From Chiloscyllium plagiosum (taxonomy: Eukaryota): a stretch of DNA of 64,000 bases. The stretch is taken from positions 38,373,834 to 38,437,833 of the forward strand of contig NC_057718.1 of assembly GCF_004010195.1 (NCBI RefSeq). Reading direction: 5' to 3'. The stretch's first letter is position 1; every line of letters starts with the position of its first letter. Below the pieces are notes generated by a model. It was not told the DNA's origin. It did not search any database and saw only the letters and a list, made by a program, of their open reading frames with translations. Both the position numbers and the translations under genes were made by a program. Shown in pieces: positions 1 to 14,121 of this stretch.

Positions 1-560
1 TGCAGTTTAATTTATTAGTCCTACCTTGTCCCAGCCTGCCCTGACTGTTTGACTCGCTTCTGTTCTCAACTGTACCTGTCTCAGATTGATCTCTTTCCTC
101 CCCAGCTCCCTGGGTCCCACCTCCTCACCTTACTAGCTTAAATCCTCTCAAGCAGTTGTAGCAAATTTCCCTGCCAGTATATTAGTCCCCTTTCCAAATT
201 AGGTGTAATCTGTCCTTCTTGTACAGGTCACTTCTACCCCAAAAGAGATTCCAATGTTCCAAAAATGTGAATCCTTCTCCCATACACCAGCTCCTCAGCC
301 ATGCATTCATCTGTTCTATCCTCCTATTCCTGCCCTCACTAGCTCATAGCACTGGGAGTAATCCAGATATTGCTACCCTTGAGGACCTCCTTTTTAAATT
401 TCTGCCTAACTCTCTGTAATCTCCCTTCAGAATCTCAACCTTTTCCCTTCCTATATCATTGGTTCCAAAGTGACCTCTTGCTAGCCCCTCTCCCCTGTGA
501 GAACATTCTGCACCCTCTCTGAGACATCCTTGATCCTGGCACCAGGGAAACAACACACCA
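1..560 (-). mobile_element. CR1-clade LINE ORF1 (SGNH esterase) fragment
   Basis: The minus-strand ORF contains GTNDIGREKVEILKGDYRELGRNLKRRSSRVAISGLLPV, typical of the CR1 ORF1 esterase. Confidence 0.75.
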
Positions 561-739
561 TTCTGCTTTTGAACTCTCTAAGAGAGACAGATTACTCCTG
601 TGTCTTCTATCTCAACCCCTCACAACTTTATATACTTCAAACCTGTCACCCCTCAGCCTTCTCTCTTCCAAGAAAAACAACCCAACCTCTCCAATCTCTC
701 CCCATAGCTACGATTCTCCAGGTCTGGCAACATCACCGA

Positions 740-870
740 GCAGCATGGTGGTTCAGTGATTTGGACAGCTGCCATACAGTGCCAGGGACCCTGGTTTGAT
801 TCCATCCATGGTTGACTATCTGTGTGGGGTTTGCATGTTCTTCCCATGTCTGCATAGGTTATGTCCCCAT
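740..870 (+). mobile_element. Degenerate 5' part of an HE1/V-SINE-like SINE
   Basis: tRNA-like head (ggtggttcagtg...cagggaccctggtttgatt) followed by the tgtgtggggtttgcatgttct V-domain-like segment. Confidence 0.6.
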
Positions 871-1884
871 GTTCAAGTCCAAGTCATTAATTTATAAAAC
901 AAATAGCAGGGGTTTCCCACATTGAGTTCTGCAGAACATCACGTGAAACAGTTTTCCATTCATAAGGCCAGCAAACCCTTTGCTTTCTGTTACTAAACCA
1001 ACTGTGGATCCAATTCAACACATTGCCCTGTATGTTGTGGGTTTTACTTTTTTGACCAGTCTCCCATGTCAGACTTTGTCAAATTCCTTACTAAAATCCA
1101 TGTAGACAATATCCACTGCACTATCCTCATTGACCCTCCTTGCTACTTCCTCACAGAATTCACTTGAATAACAAAGCCGTGCTGACTAACCCTGACTCGT
1201 CCATGCCTATTTAAGTGATAGTTTGTCTGATTTTATAACAGTAAACCTTATTCTGAGATTATGCTCTCTGATCCTAGACACTCTCACAAGGGGAAAACAA
1301 CCTCTCAGTGTCAACCCTTTGATTCCTTGAGGGATGAAATATCTATCTGTCTTACCCTTGAGTAGACTCATTGGTGACCCACAGCCCACCTATAGGGAAT
1401 TATACAATTCATAATCCTGAATGAAGAAATTTCTCAGTCTCTTACTACTATTCTTTATCATGAGAATGAGTATTGATGAAAAAGGAAGTGATTTGTTGAA
1501 GCTTTTCTTCTTATACTCATCAGAACATTCAGAAGAAAACCACTGTCAAGGTGGGACGTCAAACTTTTGCTTCCCTTTACGTTGGTATTTTTGTGAATGA
1601 ACTGAAAAATGTGTTGCTGGAAAAGCGCAGCAGGTCAGGCAGCATCCAAGGAGCAGGAGAATCGACGTTTCAGGCATTCTTGTGAATGTCCTGATAACAG
1701 AAGAACCAGAGAGTAAAAGAGTTTTTTTTCCACACTATCTTTAAGATCTGGAAAGCACTCTTTGAAAAGGTTTTAGAAGCTGATAGAATAGTAATTTGCA
1801 AAAGGGAATGGGGTATAAATTTCAAAGGGCAAGACAAGAAGCTTCGTTTTTTTTCAGCAATGCTTGAATTATAAACCATTTCAC

Positions 1885-3110
1885 TGACACAATTATGTCT
1901 GATTGAGTTTTTTTGAGGAAGTAACAAAGAGGATTGATGATGGCAGAGCGGTAGATGTGATGTATATGGACTTCAGGCGTTCGGCAAAGTTCCCCGTGGG
2001 AGACTGATTAGCAAGGTTAGATCTCACAGAATACAGGGAGAACTAGCCATTTGGATACAGAACTGACTCAAAGGTAGAAGACAGAGGGTGGTGATGGAGG
2101 GTTGTTTTTCAGACTGGAGGCCTGTGACCAGTGGAGTGCCACAAGGATCGGTGCTGGGTCCTCTACTTTTTGTCATTTACGTAAATGATTTGGATGCGAG
2201 CATAAGAGATACAGTTAGTAAGTTTGCAGATAACACCAAAATCGGAGGTGTACTGGACAGCGAAGAGGGTTACCTCAGATTACAACAGGATCTGGACCAG
2301 ATGGGCCAATGGGCTGAGAAGTGGCAGATGGAGTTTAATTCCGATAAATGCAAGGTGCTTCATTTTGGGAAAGCAAACCTTAGCAGGACTTATACACTTA
2401 ATGGTAAGGTCCTAGGGAGTGTTGCTGAATAAAGAGATCTTGGAGTGCAGGTTCATGGATAGTGAAGGCGGTGTTTGGTATGCATTCCTTTATTGGTCAG
2501 AGTATTGAGTACAGGCGTTGGGAGGTCATGTTGCGGCTATACAGGAAATTGGTTAGGCCACTGTTAGAATATTGCGTGCAATTCTGGTCTCCTTCCTATC
2601 GGAAAGATGTTGTGAAACTTGAAAGGGTTCGGAAAAGATTTACAAGGATGTTGCCAGGGTTGGAGGATTTGAGGTATAGGGAGAAGCTGAACAGGCTGGG
2701 GCTGTTTTCCCTGGAGTGTCAGAGGCTGAGGGGTGACCTTAAAGAGGTTTTCAAAATTATGAGGGGCATGGATAGGGTAAATAGGCAAAGTCTTTTCCCT
2801 GGGGTCGGGGAGTCCAGAACTAGGGGGCATAGGTTTAGGGTGAGAGGGGAAAGATATAAAAGAGACCTAAGGGGCAACTTTTTCACACAGAGAGTGGTAC
2901 GTGTATGGAATGAGCTGCCAGAGGATGTGGTGGAGGCTGCTACAATTGCAACATTTCAGAGGCATTTGGATGGGTATATGAATAGGAAGGGTTTGGAGGG
3001 ATTTGGGCTGGGTGCTGGCATGTGGGACTAGATTGGGTTGGGATATCTGGTTGGCATGGACGGGTTGGACCAAAGGGTCTGTTGCCATGCTGTACATCTC
3101 TATGACTCTA
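1885..3110 (+). mobile_element. CR1-clade LINE 3' fragment (reverse transcriptase C-terminus and tail), relatively young
   Basis: ORFs with SGVPQGSVLGPLLF, SKFADNTK, LVRPLLEYCVQFWSP and FFTQRVVRVWNELP; ends in the CTCTATGACTCTA tail. Confidence 0.93.
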
Positions 3111-5094
3111 TCTGAAATTGTTAGACTAGAGTCGTAGAAAGTTTACAGTACAGAAAGAGGCTCTGCATTCCATTGTTTCCGCACTGGTCATTAAACATCA
3201 ATCTATTTGAATTCCACTTTCCAGCACTTGACCTGTAGCCTTGTATGCTGCAGTGTTTTATGTGATCATCTGAATAGTTCCCACCTCTAACACTCTTTCT
3301 TGTAGTGAATTCCAAAGATCTCCAATCCACTAGGTGACAAAGATCTCCTCAAATCCCCTCTCAACCTCCAACTCCTCACCTTAAAACTGTGACCCCTGGG
3401 TATTGCCCCCCATTTTGCCTGTCTATGCCCCTCAGAAATTTGTACACACTTCAATCAGATCTCTTGGTAGCCTTGTCTGCTCTAAGGAAAATAAAACCAG
3501 TCTGTCTAATCTCCCTTAGCTGAATGGCTTCAGCACAGGCAACATCCTCATGAATCTCTTCTGTACTCTCTCATGCAATCACATCCTTCCTTTAGTTTAG
3601 CAACCTGAACTACACACATTGCTTCAGCTGAGGTCTAACTAACATTACATACAGCTCCATTGCGTCTTCCTTGATCTTATATTCAGTGTCTTGACTATTA
3701 AAGACAAGTACCCCATATGTCGCCTTAACCAACTTATCTACATGAGAAGATCTAGTTGAGGTGTCTAAGATGCTAAGGCAAATTAGAGATAGATTGAATA
3801 TTTCCTCACTGGTCAATCTAGAATTAGAAGCCATTGTTTTCAGACAAGGGATAATAGATTCAAACCAGATGAGGAAAAATTGCTTCTCTCAAAGGGTCGT
3901 GAAACTGTGGAATTTAGTACTCCAGAATGCAGTAGATCCTGTGACATTGAGTAAATTTAAGACAGAAGTATATAGACTTTTCATTAGTAATGGGGTGAAG
4001 TGTTATGGGGAATGGACAAGGAAGTGGTGTTGAAGCTAAGATGAGATCAACTACGATGGTGTTTAATAGTGGAGCAGGCTCAAAGGACTGAATTTCCTAT
4101 TCCTGCTCCTAGTTCTTATGCTCTTGAGAGGTTGCTTAGCTGTTTATCTTGCCATTTGGTATTTTGACATTTTCTGTTGCTTTAGATTCCTAGTGGAGTT
4201 ATGGTTCATGTAATGCTTCAGCAGCACCCAGTTTCACATGAAGAGACTAATAATTTCAAGTAATTCCCAAGAGCTGAACTTTCTAATTTTTGACCTCTGT
4301 TAAATTGCTTGAGTAATTGACACAAGAAGTAGACCGGAAATGAATAGTATTTTTTTCACACTGCCGTTAAGATCTGGAATGCACTCTGAAAAGATTTTGG
4401 AAACTGTTAGAATAATAAAGCAAAAGGCAATGGGGCATACATTTGCAAAAAAAATGCAGAGTTGCAGAGAGAAGGGGAGAGAAGAAAAGAAAGATTAGAT
4501 ATTTCTTTTTCAAACAACTAATCAAGGTACTAGGGCTGGTTTCCTTCTGTGCCATAAAGGTTCTATGAACCTGTATATGTGCGGATGAAAGGTTTCTTTT
4601 AGATGAGAATCAGGAGCAAGGCTTGACACCCTTCCCTACAGCATTTCCAGCAACTTACATGACAGTCTTACCTACAGATTTAAAGCCACACAAATATAAA
4701 TATTGACATCAACTAAAATAAATGAAAGAAAATCTACCAAGCATTTGCCGTGAAATCAATGGTTAGGTTATGTGCTTAAGATGAATGAACGTAAACAAAT
4801 AGATTAATTATGCAATCAGTGACCAATTGGAAACAGCTGAAAACTATCATTTGAACTAATTGAGAGAACTGTGTGGTTTCAAGTTATACTTTACTACCTA
4901 TCTGAAAGTACTCCCTCTTGCTAATCAACCTATTCAGAGATCCTATTACACATCTCTGGAGCAGGTGGGACTTGAACTCAGACCTCTTAGTTCAAATGGT
5001 ATTGAGATGCAGATAGTTTCTAATCAACCTGGTAAGAGATGTTATTATACATGTCTGGAGCAACTGGAACTTGAACCCAGACTTCCGAGCTTTT

Positions 5095-5345
5095 TAGATT
5101 TTAGATTAGATTAGATTACTTACAGTGTGGAAACAGGCCTTTCGGTCTAACAAGTCCACACCAACCCGTCAAAGCGCAACCCACCCAGACCCATTCCCCT
5201 ACATTTACCCCTTCACCTAACACTATGGGCAATTTAGCATGGCCAATTCACCTGACCGGCACATTTTTGGACTGTGGGAGGAAATCGGAGCACCCGGAGG
5301 AAACCCACGCAGACACAGGGAGAATGTGCAAACTCCACACAGACT
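5095..5345 (-). mobile_element. HE1/V-SINE-like SINE (5'-truncated) with (TCTAA)n tail
   Basis: Near-identical to the copies at 17990-18305 and 30291-30559. Confidence 0.85.
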
Positions 5346-5685
5346 GTGCCACCCACGCTGAGATACAGGTCCATAGGCACTGACAACATTCAAATGCCTC
5401 ACTCAATTGACTAGTGTGTGTGGTGCCAACTACTTTGAAGGTGGCTTGAAGTGAAAATGGATAAGGAAAGTCCTAAAAATTCTACTCAAGTGAATTACTT
5501 AATGGTCAACACTCTTTGTATTGTTTATCAAAGGGATATATGTTGCTGTGCAAACACCATTATAGTGAACAAGATATAAATTAATGATTTCATGCAATTC
5601 AGTCTCTCAAACTTTGGAATTATGGTATAATATGCTTGTGGAATACTTTTTTTTCTCTGTGACTTATTTTGACTTTCTTCTATAG

Positions 5686-5856
5686 TTTAGTGATCAAGAT
5701 GAAGAATTAGAGGATGAAGAGGAAGAAGATAGGAAATCAAATCATGATGATAATACGGAGGTAGAAAAGTCTCCTTTGCCACTACAGATGACGACTGTGG
5801 AGCAGCCAGGTGTTCAGGGCCCCACAGTTATGTGTGAAATGCCAAATTGTGGTGCA
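5686..5856 (+). CDS. TRERF1: TRERF1 (transcriptional-regulating factor 1), third-from-last coding exon
   Basis: Pyrimidine tract and AG acceptor at 5684-5685, GT donor at 5857. Translates FSDQDEELEDEEEEDRKS...VEKSP...MCEMPNCGA, matching the acidic stretch and start of the C2H2 finger (CEMPNCGA) recalled from vertebrate TRERF1. Phase 0 joins the next exon. Confidence 0.93.
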
Positions 5857-8312
5857 GTAAGTATCAATTATTGGCTTCAAGGTTTGCTGAACAGAATGCA
5901 GGCCTCAAAAATTATACCTTTAGCACAATTTATATCAGAGGTTCCCAAACATTTTGGCTGTCCCTACACACCTTTTTGGGGAATTCAGGACATGACCCAT
6001 TTTCCCCATCCATACACATTAGAAAGTATTTTACACTCCTCCTTGAAGAATTAAGCCCTAATGATTTCTAAAGCTGGCAGAAAAATGAATGTTCAAAATG
6101 CTTATCTTGTCTTTTCATCATGTATGGATTGGATGGTTAAAATAAACAACTACTTGGACAAAATTGGACGAGTAAAGAAGATCCAGTGGGGATTTGCTGA
6201 GGGGTAAATATGTTTGACAAACTCGATTGAGTTTTTTTGCTAAGCTATCAAGGAGGATGAATGATGACAATCAGTTGTTGTAAAAATTGAAAAGGTGTTT
6301 GATAAAGTAACACGTTAGGCTCATTAGCAAAATTGAAGCCCGGGGATAATAGGGGTATTAAAAGAATGGATACAACGTTAGCTCAGGGTTCGAAAGTGGC
6401 TTTGGTAAATGTCTGTTATTCAGACTGAAGGAAAGTATACAGTGGCATTCCCCAAGGTATAGTATTCCAGATACTAGTTAGTGAAATGTATTAACTTGTA
6501 AATAAGCACTAACAAAGACAAATCACTGCAAGAAGATAGGTAGTTTGGTGGAATGAATGAATATTTAACAGATGTATTTCAGTACAAAAAAGGTGAGGCA
6601 CATTATTGTAGGAAGAATGAGGAGGAAAAAATACATGCTGTGCTAAATGTGCTAACTTTAAAAAGGATGCAAGAACAAAGAATCCTGGAAGTTTTAGTCA
6701 GTCTGTTTTTGCAAGTGATAGGACAGGTTAGCAAAACAATTAATAAAACATATGATACAGGTCTTCATAAATAAAGGTGCAGAGTACAAAACCAGCATGT
6801 TATACTACATCCTATATAAAATGCCAGGTTGGCCCCATCTGGAGTATTGTGTTGAATATCAGAAAAATATTAGAAAACTATACTCTGTTTAAAAAGTGTG
6901 TTAAATTATTTGATTTGTAAATGAAATATTTAATAGTTTTCATTTGCTTCTCAAAAATGCTAACTGTTTCTAGTTACCTCCCATTCATCATTTCACCGGT
7001 CACCTCTCATGAGGATGAGTGGTCAGAAGCAGAAAGCTACCTGTACAGCTTCAAGCTGAGAGTGACAGTAGCTTCAAGTTATACAGTTGTGTAAATAATC
7101 CATAAGGAGGAGAGTTAGTGACCAGGAAGGGTCAGGGAGTAGGAGATACTCCTCTCAATGGTGTCAATCAGGACATGCAACCCAGTGCAAAACCATCAGT
7201 ACAAAACTTCCGACTCTAAATGTGAATACCTGCCCCATTTACTGACTGATGCTAAATTTGCATAAAATAGTTAGTTAGAATTCATGATGAGATTGGTTTT
7301 GCACATCTGAATAATTTAACACTGAGGTTATATTCCTTTGTGCTGAGAAAATACCTTTCAAATACATCATCACTTTTTTGCAACACTTTGTACAATCTTG
7401 GGGAAATGGAACATGATACCATCTGCTGGTCAGATCATAAGTACCAACAGTAAAATCTCATGAGAAAATCAGAAAACATTTCAGTTAATGCAACAGTGTT
7501 TAGTTTCAGACAACAAATAGCTTAATACAGTGCTCTGCATTTGAATGCTGTCTGAGTATTAGTATGTCATGCTTCAATGGGAAATAGCATGCTCTGAAAA
7601 GAACAGATTTTTTTAACTTGTACTACACACTACAGAGGCAATGGTACATCTCCTTAAAGCAGCACTGCCACGTGTGGGGGATTTATGTGTTACCTGCAAG
7701 TGAATTGGCAGATCAGCAGATAAGCATAATTATCTGGCATATATTTGTTGCTTATAATATGCGGAAATTACCACACCAGTTTTGCAGTTTATCAGCACTG
7801 AGTTGGAATGGACTCAAGTCATTGAAATCTAAAAATTATTTGTTCTTTGAAAACATTCAACAGTGCTCTATAAATATTGCAAGTATTTTTATTATAAATT
7901 TTACTATATTGGAGCACTATTTCTGAGGAACATTTGGGACATTCTGTAAACATAAACTGCAGACTTTATTTGGTTTTATATTTGAAAAACATCTCACTTC
8001 ACTGAATATGTTTTCTATCCTGGAATAGACAAAATTTTAGACAAAGTTTGTCCTCATTTAAAATTGTACATACAGTATATAGTAGCATAAACATTTAATA
8101 TCGTTATTAGGCCATTCTTTATTTTTTGCGTTTCTAATCATTTTTCCCTTTGTCACTCCATGTCGTTTATAACTGTGGTTCCCCAATAAACCTGTAATGT
8201 ATAGATTTTATATTAAAGTTGTACTGAAGTTTTTTTGTATTTTTGAATTGACTTGGACGGTATGGTGACTAAAAGAGTATAACCAGTCTCTTCTTTTCAC
8301 CTTCCCTTTAAG

Positions 8313-8515
8313 ATATTCAGCTCCAGGCAGGCTTTAAACGGCCATGCACGTATCCATGGTGGCTCAAGCCAAACTCCAAAACTGACTTCTGCAGCTAAAC
8401 ATAAAATGGGAGGACTTCAGTCTGGTTACACCTCTGTGAAGAACTCCCCTGCACACAATACAACAAGTGGTGAAATAGATGCTGCTACAATTTTCCCTTG
8501 CAAGGAATGTGGAAA
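8313..8515 (+). CDS. TRERF1: TRERF1, penultimate coding exon (C2H2 zinc fingers)
   Basis: AG at 8311-8312, GTAAG at 8516. Translates [17 protein letters not shown]...[33 protein letters not shown], near-identical to TRERF1 as recalled. Ends in phase 2. Confidence 0.96.
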
Positions 8516-8688
8516 GTAAGTTAAATGACACTTGTTTCTCTCTAAATTGCCTGCATTTTTTAATTAGCTGCTTGTTTTACAAAGTTTCATTTTACTTTAT
8601 CTGGGCTTCATTCAGAAATGCGGACCACTATTGCTTTCTTGTAATTTGCTGAGAATACATGGTTTTAAGTGTCAGTTCAATATTTCAG

Positions 8689-8998
8689 GATGTTCTACAA
8701 GATTAAAAGTAGAAATGCTCACATGAAAACGCACAGACAGCAGGAGGAACAGCAACGACAAAAGGCTCAGAAAGCTCTTGAAGTTGGTGAAATAGCAACT
8801 ATAGCCCAACCTGCTACACCAGTAGCACCTGTGTTACTTCATCCAGATCACATGAGTATGGTTAAGCGACACGTGGATTTGGAGGATAATGACATTATTC
8901 AGGATTTGGAAGATGTGATGGAGGAATCAGATGTCATGGATACAGACTTACTTTTAGATGGAGACGATGGAGAATTTCTCCAGGATGATGACTTGTAA
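8689..8998 (+). CDS. TRERF1: TRERF1, last coding exon
   Basis: tttcAG acceptor at 8687-8688, phase-compatible. Translates [29 protein letters not shown]...[12 protein letters not shown]...L* (TAA at 8996-8998), matching the TRERF1 C-terminus. Confidence 0.96.
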
Positions 8999-10150
8999 AC
9001 TTTTTTTATTATTCTACGTAAAATATAAATCTCAATTAGAATTAATTGAACAAACTAGTTACTTTTTCTAAGTCAACAGCTAGTCCTAAGGCTAGTTCAA
9101 ATGCAGTATGCAAAAAAAATCCAGGTGAGTTGTACATAATTAACACTGATCTTGAATTGCCTCTGTCATTCATACCATGAATGGTTTTTCATACCATTAC
9201 ATAGACCTCACAAAGACTTCTGGACTTTTACTTTTCCCTCAGCTGCTTGTTAAAAGTTATTTCAAAGCATTGAAACCAAACGGGTTTTTTGCTAAAGAGA
9301 AAGATTTGTCTTCAGTTTAAGTTTCAGAAATTGAATTGTCTACTTTGCTATAGAATGAAACAAAAAAGCTGTAAATAAGGTTCAAAATTATATATATTTT
9401 AAATGGTAAAATCTGATTTGTTTATGGATTTATTTAACTGCTGTTTTTTGTTATTCAGCAGGTAGGGTGTAAATACTTTATATTCCAAAACTCTATTAGA
9501 AAAGCAAAATATTTTTGAAAGAAAAAAAAAGTCCAAATGCCTAAGAATGAAGATCTTTCACAGGGGCTATCTTCTGTTATACAATGTTGTACAGATTTAT
9601 GAAAGCTTTATTTTATTAATTTTGGGGTACTGATAGTGGCCAGATTGCATGCCTTTTACTCCATTATGTAATTTATTTTTTTTTAAATTGCACTGTTAAG
9701 TGTTTTCCTTCAAGAGTGTATGGAACCCTTTTCGTACATTATCTTATTTCTGCTATAATTAAATGCAGTGACTTTGTCACATTATAACTTAAGCACTATG
9801 TATAGACCAGTGAATGAGTCACTTTGTGCAATGCTTTTGTTGTATATTGGGTAAAAAAAGACAAGTCTTTAGGAAGATTTCTGTGCCATGTTCTTGGGAA
9901 GATTATGTTTTTTTTAACAAAAGTGGCATCTTTAAAATGAGCAGTATTTTCTTGTGAATTTAATATATGCTGTCACAAGATTATTGTGCTTGACTATGTA
10001 CCCAAGTTTACTTTTAACAAAAATGTGATGGGATTTACACTGACGGATTTTTTTTCCCTATTAAACTAATCCAAGAAAGTGATTTTTTTTTAATTTCTCT
10101 GCCCTCTAGAGTTCATTTAATAAAAGTTATTTTGAAAAGAATTCCATTAT
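8999..10150 (+). other. TRERF1: Probable TRERF1 3' UTR with candidate poly(A) signal AATAAA at 10119-10124
   Basis: About 1.2 kb of AU-rich sequence with no recognisable repeats directly after the stop codon; repeat-derived DNA resumes near 10.3 kb. The end point is inferred. Confidence 0.55.
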
Positions 10151-10319
10151 GCAAGAATCTGCTTGCAAACTATTGATTGTTTCTAAATCAAATTAGATTA
10201 TATCATATTAATGTATAATGTTTCAAGGTCTTACCCTAAGACAGGGAATTATCAGACTGATAATTCCAACGGCCCCTGATGCCAGACGTTTTAAGTATTT
10301 CTTCTATAACTTTGCATGT

Positions 10320-12900
10320 GAACATGTGTATTAGGAGCAAGTTTGGGCCATTTGGATCCTCAAGCTTGCTCTACTATTCAGTAAGATCATGGTTAATTTG
10401 ATTACTCCACATTTCCACCTATCCTTGACAACCTTTCACTTGCTTTTCAGGAATTTATTTACCTCTGCCTTCAAAGTATTCCATGACTTTGTTTCCACTG
10501 CCTTTGAACAAGAACATTCAAAAGACATTTAGTATTTTATAATGAAACAATATTGTCTTGTCTCTGTTTTAAATTAATGTCCTATTATCAAGAGATTCTC
10601 ACACAAATATCCTTTCTACAGACATCTTGTTAAGGATCTTGTGTTTAAACCATGTCATCTGTTACTTTTCTAACTGCAGATATAAGCCTAACCTGTCCAA
10701 CTTTTCCTTGAGATAACCATCCCATTCCAGATATTGGAGTAGAAAGCCTACTCTGAATAGTTTCTAATGCATTTATCCATCCTTGAATAAGGAGACTAAT
10801 GCTGGACACAGCATGACACATATATATGTGGCTATATATGTGTGTATGTACACTTTATGATCTGTAGAGCTAAGTATAACCTCCTTACTTGAGGATACAA
10901 TTCCCCTGCAATTAAATGATAATTTTCAATTTGGTTTTCTAATTACTTGCTGTACTAGCATACTAACCTTTGAAATGTATGCCTAGGACACCCAGATTCC
11001 TCTGTGTCACAGAGCTTTGAGACTTCTTCATATTTGGATAATATGGTGTTTTATTCTTCCAAAGTGAATATTTTTACATTTTTCTATATTTATAATCCAT
11101 TTATCAGATCTTTATCTACTTATAGGGGCTTCAAAGGGTTACAAGTGAGTAATGTCCTCTTCACAAATTAATGTGCTTACCAACCTTTGAGTCATCAGCA
11201 AATTTGGTTTGGTCCCTTCATCCAAAAATTATAAATTATTGAGGCCACAAAACTGATTGCTGGGACACTATTTACTACATTTGGCCACCCAAAAAAAAAT
11301 TAATTATGACTACATTTGATTCCTCATCCAAGTCATTTATATCTATTATGAATAGCTGGAGCCCCAAGCACTGACTATATTTTCCAACTGTTTCCTACTT
11401 GTTAACCAATTCTTGATCCATGCTAATATATTACCCCTGTCCCATGTGCTTTAAGTTTGCCCACTCATCTTTAATGAGGGATCTTATCAAAAATCATGCT
11501 CAATGAATCTACTGGAGATTTTGAGGACATTACTGGGAGAATAGATATGGGAGAACCAGTGGATATGGTGTATTTGGGTTTTCAGAAGGCGTCTAAAACT
11601 CCAAATACACTATATCTACTGGTTCTCCATATCCATTCTCCTTGTAACGTCCTCAAAATCTCCAGTAGATTTGTTGAGCAAGATTTTCCTTTTATGTATC
11701 CATACTGGCTTTGTCCAATCCTGTGAATGTTATCACATCTTTTATAATAGACTCTAGGTATTTCCCCACTACGTATGTTAGGCCAACTGGTCTGTAATTA
11801 TCTTTTTCTCTCCCTATTTTTTAAATAGTGGGACTATGTTTGACACCGTCAAATCTGGAGGAATAGCTCCAGAGTCTATTGAATTTTGAAAGATGACCAC
11901 CAACGCATCCAATATTTCTAAGGCTACTTCATTTGTTATTCTGGGATGTAGATTATTAGGTCTTGGTGATTTGTCAGAATTTAACCCCATTAATTTCTAA
12001 GACAATTTTTTCTTACTAGTATTGATTATCTTCAATTCGACTCTCTCACCAGATCCTTGGTTTCCTCATGTCTGGAAAGTTAACTCTATCGTCTTTTATG
12101 AAGACAGAACCAAAATATTTCTGCCAAATCTTTGTTCCCTATCATAATTTCCATAACTTCTGGCTGTAAGGCAGCAACGTTTGTCTTTACTAATCTTGTT
12201 AATTTATGCAAATATTCTTTCAATATGAACCATTGCCTAGCTACCATACCGGTGTGACAGGACTGTCATACAAGAAGAAATTGGTTCTACTGAGCATGTA
12301 TTCACTTGAGTTTAGAAGGATGAAAGGAGATTTCTCCAACATCAAACCCTCTGGTAAGGTTCCCCAATCCATTCAGATCTCATGCCCTTCGAGTTAGAAT
12401 CTTAGTTTTGGATTCAATTACTGACTCTTCATCTTATAGTCGCTCTTCCCTAAGGAATCCCAACAAGATTGTTACAGTCGTTTCTCATTGCACAGTACCA
12501 GTCTAGAATCTCTTGTTCTCTGGTTCCTCCATATTGGTCTACAAAGTCATCATGTACACACTTCAGGAAATACTCCTCCATAATATCATTTGTAGTTTGG
12601 ATTGTCCAATCTATATGTAAACTAAAGTCACCCATGATTACAGTTGTACAGTACGCATCTCTGATTTCTTGTTTAATTCCTTCCCTTACATCTCCACGGT
12701 TCACTGGGGGCCTTTAGGCAAACCCGACAATGTTTTTTGCCCCTTAGTGTTTCTCATCTTCCCCCATACAGATTCTACATTATGATTTTTTTGAGCCACT
12801 ATCCTTCCTTAGTGTTGCACTGAAACCTCCTTTATTAACAATGCTATCTCACTTCATTTCCCTTTTCGTCTGACCTTTCCACATAATGAATACCTTAGAA
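10320..12900 (-). mobile_element. Mosaic of old CR1 fragments (endonuclease and RT remnants)
   Basis: Remnant peptides VIMGDFSLHIDW...GTREQEILDW (minus strand) and GEPVDMVYLGFQKA (plus-strand insert). Heavily degenerate. Confidence 0.6.
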
Positions 12901-13544
12901 GTTCAGTTCACATCTTCCGTTATTCTGCAGCTGTGTCTTTAAAGTCACATGTATATCATAAGCATTTCGCTCTGCAAGAAGTGGAATCGTTAAAACTTTT
13001 AAGACAGAGGTAGTTAGATTTTTGTTTGGCGGGGGAATAAAATGATTGGAGTAGATAGGAATTTTGAATTGGAAACAATTGTGGATCAATAATGTTTGTA
13101 ATCCGAATTGGAGAGCTAAATGATTATTTGTGAATTCATGGTTATTTAAAAACTATTTGCATTAACATTGTGGGTTATTTGACCTTCTGTAGATTCCGTG
13201 AGAGCATAGATTGCTATCACCATGGTGCTTTAAGAACTTTATGTGCGTCACTCAGCCATTGCCAGCAGTATTAAATTTGGTATACTTTTAACAACTTTAA
13301 CGTTAGATGTAAATACAGTTCTGACAAGTTCAATGGACAAATAGCAGAGAGCTATATCCTGAGTCTTTGCTGTATCTGATTTCTAAGTGCTCAACAATGA
13401 TAGTTTACTCTAGTAGGAAGCTTCGCTTTAACAATACAAATGCTTTTCTTCTTAATGAACAAACAAAATGCTTCAATTTTAACATTTCTGATAGCATTTT
13501 GACAAATTGTTCTCTAAATTAATGTTCAGCATTTTTTCAAACCC

Positions 13545-13965
13545 GTATAACTGGAGAAAGAATGCCTCACCTTCAGTCTTGGGACACTTCAACTACATGG
13601 GATTGATGTGGATTTCACCAGTTTCCCCATTTCTCCTTGCCCACTTTATCCCAGGCCCAACCTCCCATCTCACCACCACTCTCTTGAACGGTCCTACCTG
13701 TCCATCTTCCTTCCCACTATTCTGCTCCACCCTCCTCTCCAACCTGTCACTTTCAACCCCACCTTCATCTTCCTATCGCATTCCCAGTTACCTCTCCCCC
13801 CACCAATTTATCTGTTAGCCCCCTTGGCCCACAAGCCTCATTCCTGATGAAAGGCTTATGCCAGAAACGTTGACTCTCCTACTCCTCACATGCTACGTGA
13901 CCAGCTGTGCTGCTTTTCCAGCACCACACTTTTCAACTTTGATCTCCTGTAGTCCTTACTTTGTC
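13545..13965 (+). mobile_element. Penelope-like (Neptune-type) 3' terminal fragment with hammerhead motif at 13844-13871
   Basis: Similar to 21890-22320. Contains CTGATGAAAGGCTTATGCCAGAAACGTT. Confidence 0.75.
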
Positions 13966-14121
13966 CCAGTATAAATCAGTACAATATTTTTGACATACTG
14001 TCTACCTTATTTTCACTATTATCAGTATAGTTCTGTAATTTATTGGATATTCTATTTCTGTATCTAATCATAATTGCATTTCAAACATTTTTATTGTTTT
14101 AAAAGAGCAATGCTAATACCA

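Noticed and set aside
2088..3031. RT-like ORFs as a functional gene or active element
   Set aside because: 5'-truncated CR1 copy with a stop codon, an internal deletion and a mutated catalytic motif (FADN instead of FADD).
7284..7346. Possible box C/D snoRNA (ATGATGA...CTGA...CTGA) in a TRERF1 intron
   Set aside because: The terminal stem is only 3 bp, there is no convincing C' box, and I could not support an rRNA-complementary guide in the right register. Such motifs arise by chance in AT-rich DNA.
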